Below are positions 19,751 through 30,078 of a stretch of DNA of 64,000 bases, piece by piece. The stretch comes from Spirulina sp. GTDB lineage: Bacteria > Cyanobacteriota > Cyanobacteriia > Phormidesmidales > Phormidesmidaceae. The first letter of the stretch is position 1. Every line of letters starts with the position of its first letter. The stretch covers positions 64,001 through 128,000 of the forward strand of contig JBIPSI010000014.1 in NCBI GenBank assembly GCA_044070495.1, read 5' to 3'. The notes below the pieces were generated by a model that saw only the letters and a list, made by a program, of their open reading frames with translations, had not been told where the DNA came from and ran no database searches. A program made the translations under genes and the position numbers.

Positions 19751-20869
19751 CTAGGACTGCACCGTTTGGTTGAACCGCTCGATCCATTCGGCCCGCTGGG
19801 GGTTGATGGTGGGCCAATCGAGGTTGTGGGCCATGGCAATGAAGTCATCCACGGACTGGATGCCCAGGGCCTCCATGAGCTGAGGGGGGAGTTCCACCGT
19901 GGTATTGGCGGGAATATAGAAGTAGGGCGCACCGACCACCTTAGCCTGGGCCTCAGGACTGAGCATGGCATCCACGTAGGCCACCGCCCGATCCAGACCA
20001 GCGGCAGGGTTTTTCACAATGTTGAGGCTATAGCGAGCCGCTGCAATCCCACTATCCAGCTTGGCAATGGCCACGGGCACCCCCCGTTCTGCCAGGGTTA
20101 GCACGTCGTTGTGCCACATGGGGCCAATATCGACCTCGCCCTGCTGGAAGAGGGTGAGCAACGCCCCAGGATTGGCCGCCACCCCATTAACGCGGGGCAG
20201 CATTTCCGCCACCGCTTCAAAGGCAGGTTCGATATTGTCTTCGCCGCCGCCAAGGACCTTGGCCAGTTCCACCATGAAGGAGGTGCCCAAAATACTGTTG
20301 AGGCTGACCAAGCCCAGTTGAGCACCCAGGTTTGGATCGAGCATTACTTCCCAAGACGTGGGTGGCGTCTTCACGGTATCGGTGTTGTAGGCCAGCACAA
20401 TGCCCTGGGCGTAGAAAATCGGCGCAAGCCCCTGATCGCTGAGGAAAGCAGGATTGACATCGCTGCTGTTGGGGCTGCTGTCTATGGGGAAGGGCTGAAC
20501 CAAGTCTTCGGCGAGAGCCACCGCATTCTGCCCGTCATCCAGCATCAGCACGTCAAAGGGCGGCGCATCGGGGGATGCCTTCACCCGCGCAATCTGCTCA
20601 AAGGCCAACAGCGGTTGGGAACTGATCGTCACGCCAGTTTTATCGGCCACCACCGGAGCCAAAGCTTCCCGGAACAAACTGTCCGTCGTTCCAGGGAAAG
20701 AGGCAACCACAAGATCTCCGGCCACACCCCCTTCCGCCGCACCACCGCCAGCGGCTCCACCCTGAGGCGCAGAGGCATTACAGCTCTTCAGCGCCCAACT
20801 GGTTCCTAAAAATAAGCCCGCCCCCAACACAGAGCGACGGGACACGCGCTGCAAAGACCGATTATTCAC
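19751..20869 (-). CDS. Second ABC substrate-binding lipoprotein (paralogue of 16340-17440), Tat signal
   Basis: VSRRSVL, LKSC lipobox, PPFDV, LFQQGE and RAEWIERF, shared with the other binding protein. Confidence 0.88.
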   Translation of the reverse strand: MNNRSLQRVSRRSVLGAGLFLGTSWALKSCNASAPQGGAAGGGAAEGGVAGDLVVASFPGTTDSLFREALAPVVADKTGVTISSQPLLAFEQIARVKASPDAPPFDVLMLDDGQNAVALAEDLVQPFPIDSSPNSSDVNPAFLSDQGLAPIFYAQGIVLAYNTDTVKTPPTSWEVMLDPNLGAQLGLVSLNSILGTSFMVELAKVLGGGEDNIEPAFEAVAEMLPRVNGVAANPGALLTLFQQGEVDIGPMWHNDVLTLAERGVPVAIAKLDSGIAAARYSLNIVKNPAAGLDRAVAYVDAMLSPEAQAKVVGAPYFYIPANTTVELPPQLMEALGIQSVDDFIAMAHNLDWPTINPQRAEWIERFNQTVQS

Positions 20870-21054
20870 GTTTCGGATACCTCTCTTCTGGTAAACAATG
20901 AGATGGGCCTCTAGGGAAAGCTAACGGTTCACCAACCTGCACTCACCGGACTGAGACCGAACGTCAGATGCCTCGCTGGACAGGGAAGGGGGAAAGGTAA
21001 CCGCCTCACAGCTCTATACAGGGAGGAACAACCTTCCGAGGCGCAACAAAACTT

Positions 21055-21103
21055 TGTATACAGAATGCATGGATACAGTCGATCAGTCGGTAGCTCAGGC
21101 TAC
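21055..21103 (-). promoter_or_regulatory. Candidate NtcA-activated promoter plus TGTATACA operator for the ABC operon
   Basis: GTA-gctcaggc-TAC at 21090-21103 inside the extended palindrome CGGTAGC..GCTACCG. A -10-like CATTCT lies 22 nt downstream on the minus strand. Palindrome TGTATACA at 21055-21062. Confidence 0.55.
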
Positions 21104-21302
21104 CGTTTCTCCTTGGGGAGATCTTTTGGGGCGCGGGGTGTCAGGCCCTTCCAAGCATCCGAGCCATGGACTCAACCATAATTAGGCCTTTCTAAGGCTC
21201 CCCTGCATCCCACGAATATCACGATTTCTCTATCACAAATTGGGCGTCATTTGATCGGCTTTATAAAACTTGAGGGATGCACATGCAGGTTGATTAAAAC
21301 CA

Positions 21303-21317
21303 ATAACTTAAAGTTAT
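21303..21317. promoter_or_regulatory. LysR-type (RbcR/CbbR-like) operator upstream of rbcL
   Basis: Palindrome ATAACTT-A-AAGTTAT containing T-N11-A, ~265 nt upstream of rbcL. Confidence 0.55.
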
Positions 21318-21582
21318 GAATCTATACAGATCTTCCAAAATAAACCTTATCCAATCGCTGGTAATATGCTAAAGCACGAGGTAATGAAAAATACCTAAAG
21401 CGTCTGGTGGGCAACTACTCGCTGGTTGCCTCCTGTTTGCTGCCATCTCATGGTTTTGGACGTCGGGCTGGTTCTTGAGCTAGGTACAGGTTTTCTCCGT
21501 ATATATTTTGGAGATTGCCGTGTCTATGACTGGGCCGCCGGGGTTCGCGTGAGAGATTTCTTAGATTCACAGGAAGGGAGAT

Positions 21583-23013
21583 ATGTCTTACTCTCAGACA
21601 ACGACTCAGTCAAAAGCGGGCTATAGCGCCGGGGTAAAGGACTATAAGCTGACCTATTACACCCCCGACTACACCCCCAAAGATACCGATATTTTGGCGG
21701 CATTCCGGATGACCCCCCAGCCCGGTGTACCTCCCGAAGAGTGCGCTGCTGCGGTCGCCGCTGAATCCTCTACGGGTACCTGGACCACCGTGTGGACCGA
21801 CCTTCTGACCGACATGGATCGGTACAAGGGTCGTTGCTACGACATCGAGCCAGTACCCGGCGAAGATAACCAATACATTTGCTACGTGGCCTACCCCCTC
21901 GACCTGTTCGAGGAAGGTTCCGTCACCAACCTGCTGACCTCCCTGGTGGGGAACGTGTTCGGCTTCAAGGCCCTACGCGCCCTGCGTCTGGAAGACCTGC
22001 GGATTCCCGTGGCCTACCTGAAGACCTTCCAAGGCCCTCCCCACGGTATCCAAGTAGAGCGCGACCGCCTGAACAAGTACGGTCGTCCTCTGCTGGGTTG
22101 CACCATCAAACCCAAGCTGGGTCTGTCGGCGAAGAACTATGGCCGCGCCGTGTATGAAGCCCTGCGCGGTGGTCTAGACTTCACCAAAGACGACGAAAAC
22201 ATCAACTCCCAGCCCTTCCAGCGCTGGCGCGACCGCTTCCTGTTTGTGGCCGATGCGATCCACAAGTCCCAGGCTGAAACCGGGGAAATCAAAGGTCACT
22301 ACCTGAACGTGACCGCCTCCACCTGCGAAGAAATGCTGAAGCGGGCCGAGTACGCTAAAGAACTCGACATGCCCATCGTCATGCACGACTTCCTCACCGC
22401 TGGTTTCACCGCCAACACCACCCTGTCCCACTGGTGCCGCGACAACGGCGTTCTGCTGCACATTCACCGCGCCATGCACGCCGTGATCGACCGTCAGAAG
22501 AACCACGGGATTCACTTCCGCGTTCTGGCCAAGTGTCTGCGGATGTCCGGTGGTGACCACATCCACACCGGAACCGTGGTGGGCAAGCTGGAAGGTGACC
22601 GCGCTGGTACCCTCGGCTTTGTAGACCTGCTGCGCGAAAACTACGTCGAGCGCGACCCCTCTCGCGGTGTGTACTTCACCCAAGATTGGGCCTCCATGGG
22701 CGGCGTTATGGCTGTGGCCTCCGGTGGTATCCACGTGTGGCACATGCCCGCTCTGGTGGAAATCTTCGGCGACGACTCCGTGCTTCAGTTCGGGGGTGGT
22801 ACCCTCGGTCACCCCTGGGGTAACGCGCCCGGTGCCACCGCCAACCGTGTGGCCCTGGAAGCTTGCGTTCAGGCCCGTAACGAAGGCCGTGACCTGGCCC
22901 GCGAAGGTGGCGACATCATCCGCGAAGCTTGCAAGTGGTCTCCCGAACTGGCTGCCGCCTGCGAACTGTGGAAGGAAATCAAGTTCGAGTTCGACACCGT
23001 TGACACCCTCTAA
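21583..23013 (+). CDS. rbcL: RuBisCO large subunit, form IB
   Basis: [44 protein letters not shown]. Confidence 0.99.
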   Translation: MSYSQTTTQSKAGYSAGVKDYKLTYYTPDYTPKDTDILAAFRMTPQPGVPPEECAAAVAAESSTGTWTTVWTDLLTDMDRYKGRCYDIEPVPGEDNQYICYVAYPLDLFEEGSVTNLLTSLVGNVFGFKALRALRLEDLRIPVAYLKTFQGPPHGIQVERDRLNKYGRPLLGCTIKPKLGLSAKNYGRAVYEALRGGLDFTKDDENINSQPFQRWRDRFLFVADAIHKSQAETGEIKGHYLNVTASTCEEMLKRAEYAKELDMPIVMHDFLTAGFTANTTLSHWCRDNGVLLHIHRAMHAVIDRQKNHGIHFRVLAKCLRMSGGDHIHTGTVVGKLEGDRAGTLGFVDLLRENYVERDPSRGVYFTQDWASMGGVMAVASGGIHVWHMPALVEIFGDDSVLQFGGGTLGHPWGNAPGATANRVALEACVQARNEGRDLAREGGDIIREACKWSPELAAACELWKEIKFEFDTVDTL

Positions 23014-23208
23014 TTTTGCTTTGGCGGCGGTGGGGATCGGCTTCGGCTTGTCCCTGCCGACGACGGGGCGTGGGCCAGTTCCTTGGACTAGCATCTTAAG
23101 AAAACTTAAGATTGCGGCCTAAGTTACCGAATCTGTCTGGATTTCGGGCTTCAATCAGGTCTACCCACCCCCCGGCGGGGTCTAGGTCAACCCTTCGAGG
23201 AGACACCG

Positions 23209-23637
23209 ATGGACCTTAAGCAAGCGGCAAAGGACACCGCTAAGGTGCTGACCAGCTATCTGACCTTCCAGGCCGTGAAAACGGTGCTGAATCAGCTTAA
23301 GGAAACCAACCCTGCCCAAGCCTATTGGCTGAACACGTTTTCGACCAAGGAAGCCCTCCAGGATGGGGAAACCTACCTGACGGCCCTTATGGCGGAAAAG
23401 CCCGACATGGCCATGCGGATCATGACCGTTCGGCAGCACATCGCAGAGGAAATCTGCGAGTTTTTGCCGGAAATGGTGATCGCCAACCTTCAGCAAGCCA
23501 ATATGGAACACCGCCGCCAGCATTTAGAGCGCCTGACTCAATTGGGCGATGCCGACCATCTAGATCAGTCGGAAACCCTCGGTGCCCTTGAGGTACCCCA
23601 GGAATCCGCCGCCGATGGAGAACATCTCCCAGAGTAG
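23209..23637 (+). CDS. rbcX: RuBisCO assembly chaperone RbcX
   Basis: AKDTAKVLTSYLTFQAV, RIMTVRQHIAE, NMEHRRQHLER. Lies between rbcL and rbcS; GAGGAG RBS. Confidence 0.96.
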   Translation: MDLKQAAKDTAKVLTSYLTFQAVKTVLNQLKETNPAQAYWLNTFSTKEALQDGETYLTALMAEKPDMAMRIMTVRQHIAEEICEFLPEMVIANLQQANMEHRRQHLERLTQLGDADHLDQSETLGALEVPQESAADGEHLPE

Positions 23638-23740
23638 GCCCAAGGTTTGACTACGGATGGATCGAACCATCGTCGTTCACTCTTTTGTTCACTCGCGGTC
23701 AGCATCGCCTGATCGCCGATTAGTAACCCAGCGAGGAACT

Positions 23741-24082
23741 ATGAAAACTCTGCCTAAAGAGCGTCGTTACGAAACGATGTCCTACCTGCCCCCTCTGACC
23801 GATGCTCAGATTGAGCGGCAAATTGCTTACATCCTGAAAATGGGCTATTTCCCGGCTGTCGAGTTTAACGAAGACTCCGACCCCGAAGCCTACTACTGGA
23901 CGATGTGGAAACTGCCCATGTTCAACGCCACCTCCACCCAGGAAGTGCTGAGCGAAGTGCAGGCTTGCCGCTCCGAGTACTCCAACTGCTTCATCCGCGT
24001 GGTTGGTTTCGACAACGTCAAGCAGTGCCAGATCGCTAGCTTCATCGTGCATAAGCCCGGTGCTAGCACCTACCGCTACTAG
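23741..24082 (+). CDS. rbcS: RuBisCO small subunit
   Basis: [45 protein letters not shown] before ATG 23741. Confidence 0.98.
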   Translation: MKTLPKERRYETMSYLPPLTDAQIERQIAYILKMGYFPAVEFNEDSDPEAYYWTMWKLPMFNATSTQEVLSEVQACRSEYSNCFIRVVGFDNVKQCQIASFIVHKPGASTYRY

Positions 24083-24133
24083 AATCTGCCTCTGAATCAG
24101 AATCAATCATTCTTGATTCAAAACAGATAAAAC

Positions 24134-24166
24134 AAAGGGCCAGGGGAGCAATCCTCTGGTCTTTTG
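24134..24166 (+). terminator. Intrinsic terminator of rbcLXS
   Basis: aaagggccagggga-gcaa-tcctctggtcttttg hairpin with T-run. Confidence 0.65.
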
Positions 24167-24186
24167 TGATGGCATTAACATAGGGC

Positions 24187-24290
24187 TTAAACCACAGCGA
24201 TCTTGACGATCAGATTATTAACGTCGCGGTCGCCAGCGATGTCTTCGCAGCTAAAAATGTTGTTGCCGAAGCCGCCCCCGTGATCTTGGC
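24187..24290 (-). pseudogene. Remnant of a DUF4114-like C-terminus
   Basis: Minus strand reads QDHGGGFGNNIFSCEDIAGDRDVNNLIVKIAVV*, resembling the GNNxFGFEDxxGDxDFNDLIV motif. Confidence 0.45.
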
Positions 24291-24481
24291 CAGGGGCGAA
24301 ATCTGGTTTGGCTCGGTCAGGATGAGGTGCTGGGTGTAGCCCGATTATTGGGTGCACAGAAAAGATGAATTTGGCGATGTTTGAGATCTAGCATCCAATA
24401 ATCGGCAATAGCCGCCTGGGCATAGAGTTTGGCTTTGACCTCGCAATCCTGCCGCAAGGTCGAATCGGCCACCTCCACGAA
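24288..24481 (-). pseudogene. Frameshifted 3' fragment of a Uma2-family endonuclease
   Basis: FVEVADSTLRQDCEVKAKLYAQAAIADYWMLDLKHRQIHLF, then a frameshift to SGYTQHLILTEPNQISPLA. No start. Confidence 0.7.
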
Positions 24482-24642
24482 TTTATCGCCTCTATCAAAG
24501 GTCTCGGTGGAGTCAGATAGAACTTCGATAATGAGTACAGATTGAATGTCGCCTTTTGAGGGGATGGAAGGTATTGATTTGAGGGGGCTAGGGTGCTGCG
24601 ATTGAGGAGATTTAGAACCACGTAGACGGGGTATGAAACGTG

Positions 24643-24790
24643 TTATGCAAGTCTCCGTAGCATGACGCGAATCATAGTGAGGTGGATGAACGCCTGCGAG
24701 GATTCGGGTAAGCGTTCATCGTCCACATTCAATCGGCGACACCCAAGGAGCAGACCCTAAGTGTGCTCTACCACCCATCGTTGGTTCACC
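24643..24790 (-). pseudogene. IS5-family transposase C-terminal remnant
   Basis: QRWVVEHT*GLLLGCRRLNVDDERLPESSQAFIHLTMIRVMLRRLA* matches the RWVVERTF..RRL..DYERLP..MLRRLA signature, with an internal stop. Confidence 0.8.
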
Positions 24791-24817
24791 TTAATCGAGC
24801 TAGAGGATGACCCAAGA

Positions 24818-26626
24818 CTAGCGTTCAACGACCATGGCGGCCCCGCCACCTCGTCGGCTCGGTTCTGCGGCGACCAAGATAGACCCATCGGGCTGGATGA
24901 CCAACCCGACCGCTGCCCCGATCTCAGGCACTGGGATCAAGGAATGGCCAAGGGCGGTTAATGCCTGACCTAGGGGAGTTTGTTCGAGTTGGTGGTCTAC
25001 TTGGGTGATGCCCGTGTTGCGCTGGGAAATGCGGGGGGCCGCTATGGCATCGGGGAGTGACAGGCCAAAGTCAATCAGGTTGACGGCTATACCGACCACC
25101 GTTGTAATGATGGTAGCCCCCCCCGGAGAACCAAAGGCCACCATCGTGCCATCGGGGCTGCGGACGATGGTGGGGGCCATGCTGCTGCGGGGGCGTTTGT
25201 AGGGTTCAGGCACGTTGGGATGGGGGCTGATGGGGTCAAAGTCGGTCAGCTCATTGTTGAGGATGAAGCCATAGCCGGGAACTACGATGCCAGATCCGCC
25301 AGTGGATTCAATCGTGCAGGTGTAGGAGACGATGTTGCCCCAGCGATCACTGGTCACCAGGTGGGTGGTGGATATCCCCGATGGGTCTTGCCCCTGGGCT
25401 ACGGGGGGTAATCCGGTTAGGCTGGGGCTGGGGTCGGTCTGAAAGGGCAGCGGGTTGCCGGGGGCGGCACGGAAGTCTGGATCGGCGGGGGCGCGGTCGC
25501 CCACCAGGGTTCGCCGAGTTTGTATGAAATCATCGCTCTGAAGACCCGCCAGGGGCACATCGACAAACTCTGGATCGCCCAGGTAGGCATGGCGGTCGGC
25601 AAAGGCCAGCCGTTCGGCTTCAATGACCCTATGCCAAGCCTGGGCGCGATCCGCCTGGGTCAGATCAAAGCCCTCTAGGATGCTGAGAATTTCTCCGGTG
25701 GTGATCCCCCCGCTGCTGGGCAGACCCATGCTGTAGAACGTATAGCCGCGATACGGGGTAACCGTAGGAGGCCGCACCCGTACCGCGTAATGGTCGAGGT
25801 CGGTCAGGGTCATGGCTCCAGGCACAACCGGGAAAGGGGGATTGGCCACGGTGGGCGGCTGTTGCACCGTTTGAATGATTGCCTCGGCAATCTCCCCCCG
25901 ATAAAAGCCATTGATGCCCTGCTCGGCCAGGATGCGGTAGGTTTTGGCCAGGTCAGGATTTTTGAACCGACTGCCGACGGTAGGCCGCTGGCCATGGGGC
26001 AGATACAGCGCCTGGGTGGAGGTAAAGGCGGCAAAGCGGGTCTGGTTTTGCTCAATCTGCTTGGCAAAGGTTTCATCGACCACAAAGCCATGCTCGGCTA
26101 GGGCGATGGCCGGTTGGAGGGCTTCGCCGAGGGAGAGGGTGCCATAGCGGTTGAGGGCTTCGGCCCACTCTAGGGGGGTGCCAGGGACGCCCACCGCTGC
26201 CCCTGAGGACATGCGGTTGGGGAAGAAGGGCAGCAAATCGCCGGGGTTCATCGGATCCTGGAACAGGTCTACGGTGGTGGCGGCGGGGGCCTGCTCCCGA
26301 CCATCGAGGGTGATTAGGCGATCGCTATCTTTGAGGTAGATGACCATGAACCCGCCCCCGCCAATGCCAGCGGAAAAGGGATCGGTAACGCCCACGGCGG
26401 CGGCAGCGGCGACCGCTGCATCAATGGCATTGCCGCCCCGGCGCAGCACCTCTAGGCCCACCCGAGTCGCATCGGCATCGACGGTGGCCACCGCTCCCCC
26501 ACGACCTGTCGCCATGGCCAGGGGGCTTTGGGACAGCCCCACCGAGCTAAACCAGAAACCCAGGCAAAGGCTTACGCCTAGCGCTGCTGCAAAGATTTGC
26601 CTAATTCGCCCAATTCGCCTAATCAT
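24818..26626 (-). CDS. ggt: Gamma-glutamyltransferase
   Basis: GGNAIDAAVA, GIGGGGF, DGREQAP, STTHL (autocatalytic Thr), LNNELTDF, RPRSSMAP, GSPGGATI. Signal peptide after ATG 26626. Confidence 0.93.
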   Translation of the reverse strand: MIRRIGRIRQIFAAALGVSLCLGFWFSSVGLSQSPLAMATGRGGAVATVDADATRVGLEVLRRGGNAIDAAVAAAAAVGVTDPFSAGIGGGGFMVIYLKDSDRLITLDGREQAPAATTVDLFQDPMNPGDLLPFFPNRMSSGAAVGVPGTPLEWAEALNRYGTLSLGEALQPAIALAEHGFVVDETFAKQIEQNQTRFAAFTSTQALYLPHGQRPTVGSRFKNPDLAKTYRILAEQGINGFYRGEIAEAIIQTVQQPPTVANPPFPVVPGAMTLTDLDHYAVRVRPPTVTPYRGYTFYSMGLPSSGGITTGEILSILEGFDLTQADRAQAWHRVIEAERLAFADRHAYLGDPEFVDVPLAGLQSDDFIQTRRTLVGDRAPADPDFRAAPGNPLPFQTDPSPSLTGLPPVAQGQDPSGISTTHLVTSDRWGNIVSYTCTIESTGGSGIVVPGYGFILNNELTDFDPISPHPNVPEPYKRPRSSMAPTIVRSPDGTMVAFGSPGGATIITTVVGIAVNLIDFGLSLPDAIAAPRISQRNTGITQVDHQLEQTPLGQALTALGHSLIPVPEIGAAVGLVIQPDGSILVAAEPSRRGGGAAMVVER

Positions 26627-26677
26627 GGCAATGTTTCCCCATTCCCGTATGGTGAAATTATCCCTCAATGCATTCCT

Positions 26678-27205
26678 ATGGCTCGAATTCCTATGGCTCC
26701 TATCTTTGCTGCTCTTCTCACAATCATGCTGTGGCTCTTTCCCACCCACCCGGCGGCCCTTGCAGCACCCACCCCACAGCCCCTAGGGGCAATCCCTGGA
26801 CTCTCCACCTTATTTGCGGGGGAGGCTCCCACCCTCGGCGTTCAGGATGGTCAGCTAGCTCCCTGTCCAGCCACCCCTAACTGTGTAGTGAGCCAGGGTG
26901 CTGATCCAGACCATGCCATTGCCCCGATTGCCTACACCAGAAGCCGGGAGGACGCCCGTGATCTGCTGACTAAGGTTCTAGGTGTGGTGCCCCGTACCGA
27001 GATTGTGGCGCAGCAAGAGGATTACATCCGCGTGCAGTCCATCAGTCGCCTGATAGGGTTTGTGGACGACACGGAGTTCTACTTTCCAAAGAATGAGCCT
27101 GTGATTCAGGTTCGAGCCGCCGCCCGGTTAGGAGAATCTGATCTGGGGGTGAATCGGCGACGGCTGGAGCAAATTCGTTTTGCTCTGAAGGACTTGGGGA
27201 TTTAG
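26678..27205 (+). CDS. DUF1499 family protein
   Basis: LAPCPATPNCVVSQ, GFVDDTEF, RLGESDLGVNRRRLEQIR. Confidence 0.88.
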   Translation: MARIPMAPIFAALLTIMLWLFPTHPAALAAPTPQPLGAIPGLSTLFAGEAPTLGVQDGQLAPCPATPNCVVSQGADPDHAIAPIAYTRSREDARDLLTKVLGVVPRTEIVAQQEDYIRVQSISRLIGFVDDTEFYFPKNEPVIQVRAAARLGESDLGVNRRRLEQIRFALKDLGI

Positions 27206-27256
27206 AGGGGCATCACCTGGGATCGACTGAACCTACGTTGGAGATGGGTCAGGCAA

Positions 27257-27709
27257 CTAGCGATTGTGCTTTGTTAAAAAGCGATCTAGCTGGTTGGCAA
27301 AGGCTCCAGTTACTCGTTGGTTAAAAGGGGCAGGGCCACCCGTATCCACCCCAGCATTCCGCAGTTCATGGAGGAAATTTCGCATGGACAATCGTTCTCG
27401 AATATTGCCCTGGTCATAGAATTCTCCCCGGGGATTGAGGGCATAGGCTCCCTTTTCAATGGCCTCTGCGGCCAGGGGAATATCGGCGGTAATGACTAAA
27501 TCTCCAGCCTCTAGGTGCTTGACGATGTAGTTGTCGGCAATGTCTAGGCCAGCGCGTACCTGCACAAATTCAAGGTAGGGAGAACCTGGAATTTGTAGCT
27601 CTTGGTTGGCGACTAAGGTCGTTTTTATCTCCAGTCGTTTGGCGGCCCGAAATAGGATTTCTTTAATCACATTGGGGCAGGCATCGGCATCAACCCATAT
27701 CTGCATCAT
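27257..27709 (-). CDS. YaiI/YqxD (UPF0178) family protein
   Basis: [26 protein letters not shown]. Confidence 0.92.
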   Translation of the reverse strand: MMQIWVDADACPNVIKEILFRAAKRLEIKTTLVANQELQIPGSPYLEFVQVRAGLDIADNYIVKHLEAGDLVITADIPLAAEAIEKGAYALNPRGEFYDQGNIRERLSMRNFLHELRNAGVDTGGPAPFNQRVTGAFANQLDRFLTKHNR

Positions 27710-28336
27710 CTATCCGCCTGTGGTCATTTCTAGGGGCTGAACGGGAATCTGTACGTCGCTGCGCTTCATCGCATCCGGCAGGAATGGCCCATCGTAGAAG
27801 AAGCGCCGAGGTTGACCTACCACCGCATACCCTGGATGGGCCGCTAACCATTGCTGAAGCCGTTCGATGCTGGCCTGGTAAGTTTCAAGATTGTAGCGCC
27901 CCCTAGTGCCAAGGCTAATCACGGTCATGGCTGGCAGGTCTTCTACCTGAATGCCCTGGGCCACCTCCTGGGGAACGATATCCAGGCTGCGATACAGGAA
28001 CGATACAGCGGCCTCGCCCTCTAGGGTCGCCGCGCTCTCTAGGGTAGCCACCGGGTAGCGCGTCTCCACCGGGGCCGTCATGGAAATGTCGTTGCTACTA
28101 ATGTGGCGGAATAATGGGGTGAAGCCACGGGAGGGGGCATACTCCAAATTGCCCGTCATCTGGACGGTGGCGGCTCGATAGGCTGGATAATGCTTGACTT
28201 CAATCACACCCTCTCGACTGGGCGGAGGAAAGCCCTCTGGCAGGGGCGCTGAGGCGGCGCTGTAGGCTCCCAAGAGCAGTACGCCTAACCCAATGGCGGC
28301 TACCCCCACCAACAGTAGTCCATGCTGTAGCTTCAT
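27710..28336 (-). CDS. SOUL-family heme-binding protein
   Basis: EVKHYPAYR, GFTPLFRHI, ISMTAPVE. Confidence 0.85.
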   Translation of the reverse strand: MKLQHGLLLVGVAAIGLGVLLLGAYSAASAPLPEGFPPPSREGVIEVKHYPAYRAATVQMTGNLEYAPSRGFTPLFRHISSNDISMTAPVETRYPVATLESAATLEGEAAVSFLYRSLDIVPQEVAQGIQVEDLPAMTVISLGTRGRYNLETYQASIERLQQWLAAHPGYAVVGQPRRFFYDGPFLPDAMKRSDVQIPVQPLEMTTGG

Positions 28337-28442
28337 TGCCTATCCCATCATTTTCTTTCAGTCTAGCGATTGTGCGTTGGTGAGGGGAATGCCAGACCTT
28401 CTCACCCCTGACGCGCCACTACGACATGAGGGTTAGCAGTCC

Positions 28443-29048
28443 CTAGCCTTCTAGTTTGCCGCCCACAAAGGGGGTGCTCCAAAGCATCCAGTTTTCTTTG
28501 TTGAAGGGGGATCGCCAGCGGCGGATCAGGTCGCTCTCTAGGCGTTGACGGGCTTTGCGGTCGGTGGCGGCGTGGGGCCAAAAGCCAATGTTCACCGCCA
28601 CAGGGAGATCGTGGGTGCGGTGGGCGGCCACATAGCTGAGAATGTAGCGTTTGCAGTCGTGAACCCCCTGCCAGCGCTGGTTAGATTTCACGGTTTCCCC
28701 TACGTAGAGCAGCACGGGCACCTCGTGATCCACCACAAAGTAGAGGGCGGGGACGCCAGATTCCTGGAATTTCCCCCGCCAAAATTCGGCATTCTGGGGC
28801 GGCAGGGTGAAGGGATCGATGGTGTCGGCAATCGAAACACTACCGGACGGGGAGACCTCAAACAGACTGCCCTGTTGGGCGGCTGGAGTCTGTTGAACCT
28901 CCCGCTGGTACTGGGCTACCCGCTGCTTCCATCGCTGCAATTCCGCCTCGGATAGGGGATGGCCTGCCTCACGGTTGTAGGCCCAGGAGGCATCCGCCGC
29001 CCGGAGGTCAGCTTGGGAGAGCAGGGAGGGTTGGTCGGGGGAGGACAT
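28443..29048 (-). CDS. GIY-YIG nuclease-family protein
   Basis: ALYFVVD...LLYVGET...QRWQGVHDCK...WRSPFNKE. Confidence 0.75.
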   Translation of the reverse strand: MSSPDQPSLLSQADLRAADASWAYNREAGHPLSEAELQRWKQRVAQYQREVQQTPAAQQGSLFEVSPSGSVSIADTIDPFTLPPQNAEFWRGKFQESGVPALYFVVDHEVPVLLYVGETVKSNQRWQGVHDCKRYILSYVAAHRTHDLPVAVNIGFWPHAATDRKARQRLESDLIRRWRSPFNKENWMLWSTPFVGGKLEG

Positions 29049-29079
29049 AGAGCAATCAGAAGTCGGGAGTCGGGAATCG

Positions 29080-29103
29080 GTAGGGGCGAGGTCTCCTCGC
29101 CCT
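29080..29103 (+). repeat. GTAG-family REP hairpin
   Basis: GTAGGGGCGAGGTCTCCTCGCCCT; identical to the 19691 copy. Confidence 0.8.
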
Positions 29104-29126
29104 TGGGAGTCGCGAACTGGAGAGCT

Positions 29127-29879
29127 TTATTGCATGGCTTGGTCGAGGGCTTGGGGGGCGGAGAGGGTATTTTCCTCCTCTAGGGCGGCGATGTAGGCGG
29201 CGATGGCATGGTCGCTGAAGCGGCGGCTGAGGATGCGCCAGGTGAACCGAGAACCAAGCTGGATGCCCGTATCCACATGGGCAAACCCCTGCCACTCGCG
29301 GGGCACACGGGTGACGATGTCCCAGCCGTAGATAAAGCGGGAACTGTTGGGTACCCGGCGGTTGTAGGAATCGACCTGGGCCTGGTTGCCGACACGGGGT
29401 GCGCCGAAGGTGTTAACGATAAAGTTTAAGCCGTTGGCTTGGCCAAAATTGTACTGAAGATCCAGGGCGGCGATGGTGGCCAAGGCTCCCCCCAGGCTGT
29501 GCCCAGTGACGATCACCTGTTGCCCGGTGAAGGTGGAGAGAGTTTCCAGCAGCCGATCTCGCACGGCAAAGTAGGCGGTCATAAAGCCCTGGTGAAACCT
29601 CACCTCGCTGTTGCCGTCGCCGTAGGGGTAGATCTGCTGGCGAAACTGGACGTTATTTATCCAGTCGATGGATTTGTCGGAGCCGCGAAAGACGATGTAC
29701 AGACGGTCGCTGTTCAACTTGTTCAGCACCGCCGCCTGGGTATCGGTAAAGCCTTGATCCTGGCTTTGAATGAAGATCGGCTCCACATCGGGATAGGCGG
29801 AAAAGCGCAGCCCGCTGAAGTCGCGATAGATTTCCTCACACAGACGGGCACAGGTGAGGGCCAAGGCGTAGTCAACCAC
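29127..29879 (-). CDS. Class 3 lipase
   Basis: IVFRGS, HQGF, VTGHSLGGALA, TFGAPRVGN, DIVTRVP. Confidence 0.92.
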   Translation of the reverse strand: MVDYALALTCARLCEEIYRDFSGLRFSAYPDVEPIFIQSQDQGFTDTQAAVLNKLNSDRLYIVFRGSDKSIDWINNVQFRQQIYPYGDGNSEVRFHQGFMTAYFAVRDRLLETLSTFTGQQVIVTGHSLGGALATIAALDLQYNFGQANGLNFIVNTFGAPRVGNQAQVDSYNRRVPNSSRFIYGWDIVTRVPREWQGFAHVDTGIQLGSRFTWRILSRRFSDHAIAAYIAALEEENTLSAPQALDQAMQ

Positions 29880-30078
29880 GGGACAACCTCCTAGGGATAC
29901 CAGACCATCTCATTAGACCGAACCGTACAGGCGTCGGGTAGGCATCTTGCCAGCTTCCCGAAGACAGCCACGCTCAACAGATAGCCGCCAGATAGTCGTT
30001 TTTCTCCATACTTTTATATCCATGGTTCTATGGAGGGGCTGATGTGTCATGGATGCTGATTCCACGATGGGCTAGACC

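Noticed and set aside
20870..21050. Possible riboswitch in the long leader of the ABC operon
   Set aside because: No recognisable guanidine, TPP, cobalamin or glutamine aptamer consensus by eye; an Rfam scan would be needed.
22174..23094. 306-aa antisense ORF over rbcL
   Set aside because: Shadow of the strongly biased codon usage of rbcL; no recognisable motifs. The same applies to the many antisense ORFs over other GC-rich genes.
24388..24621. 77-aa ORF downstream of rbcS
   Set aside because: Off-frame reading across the Uma2 remnant; not a credible gene.
26597..26749. Apparent overlap of ggt and DUF1499 ORFs
   Set aside because: Disappears with the more plausible starts at 26626 (-) and 26678 (+).
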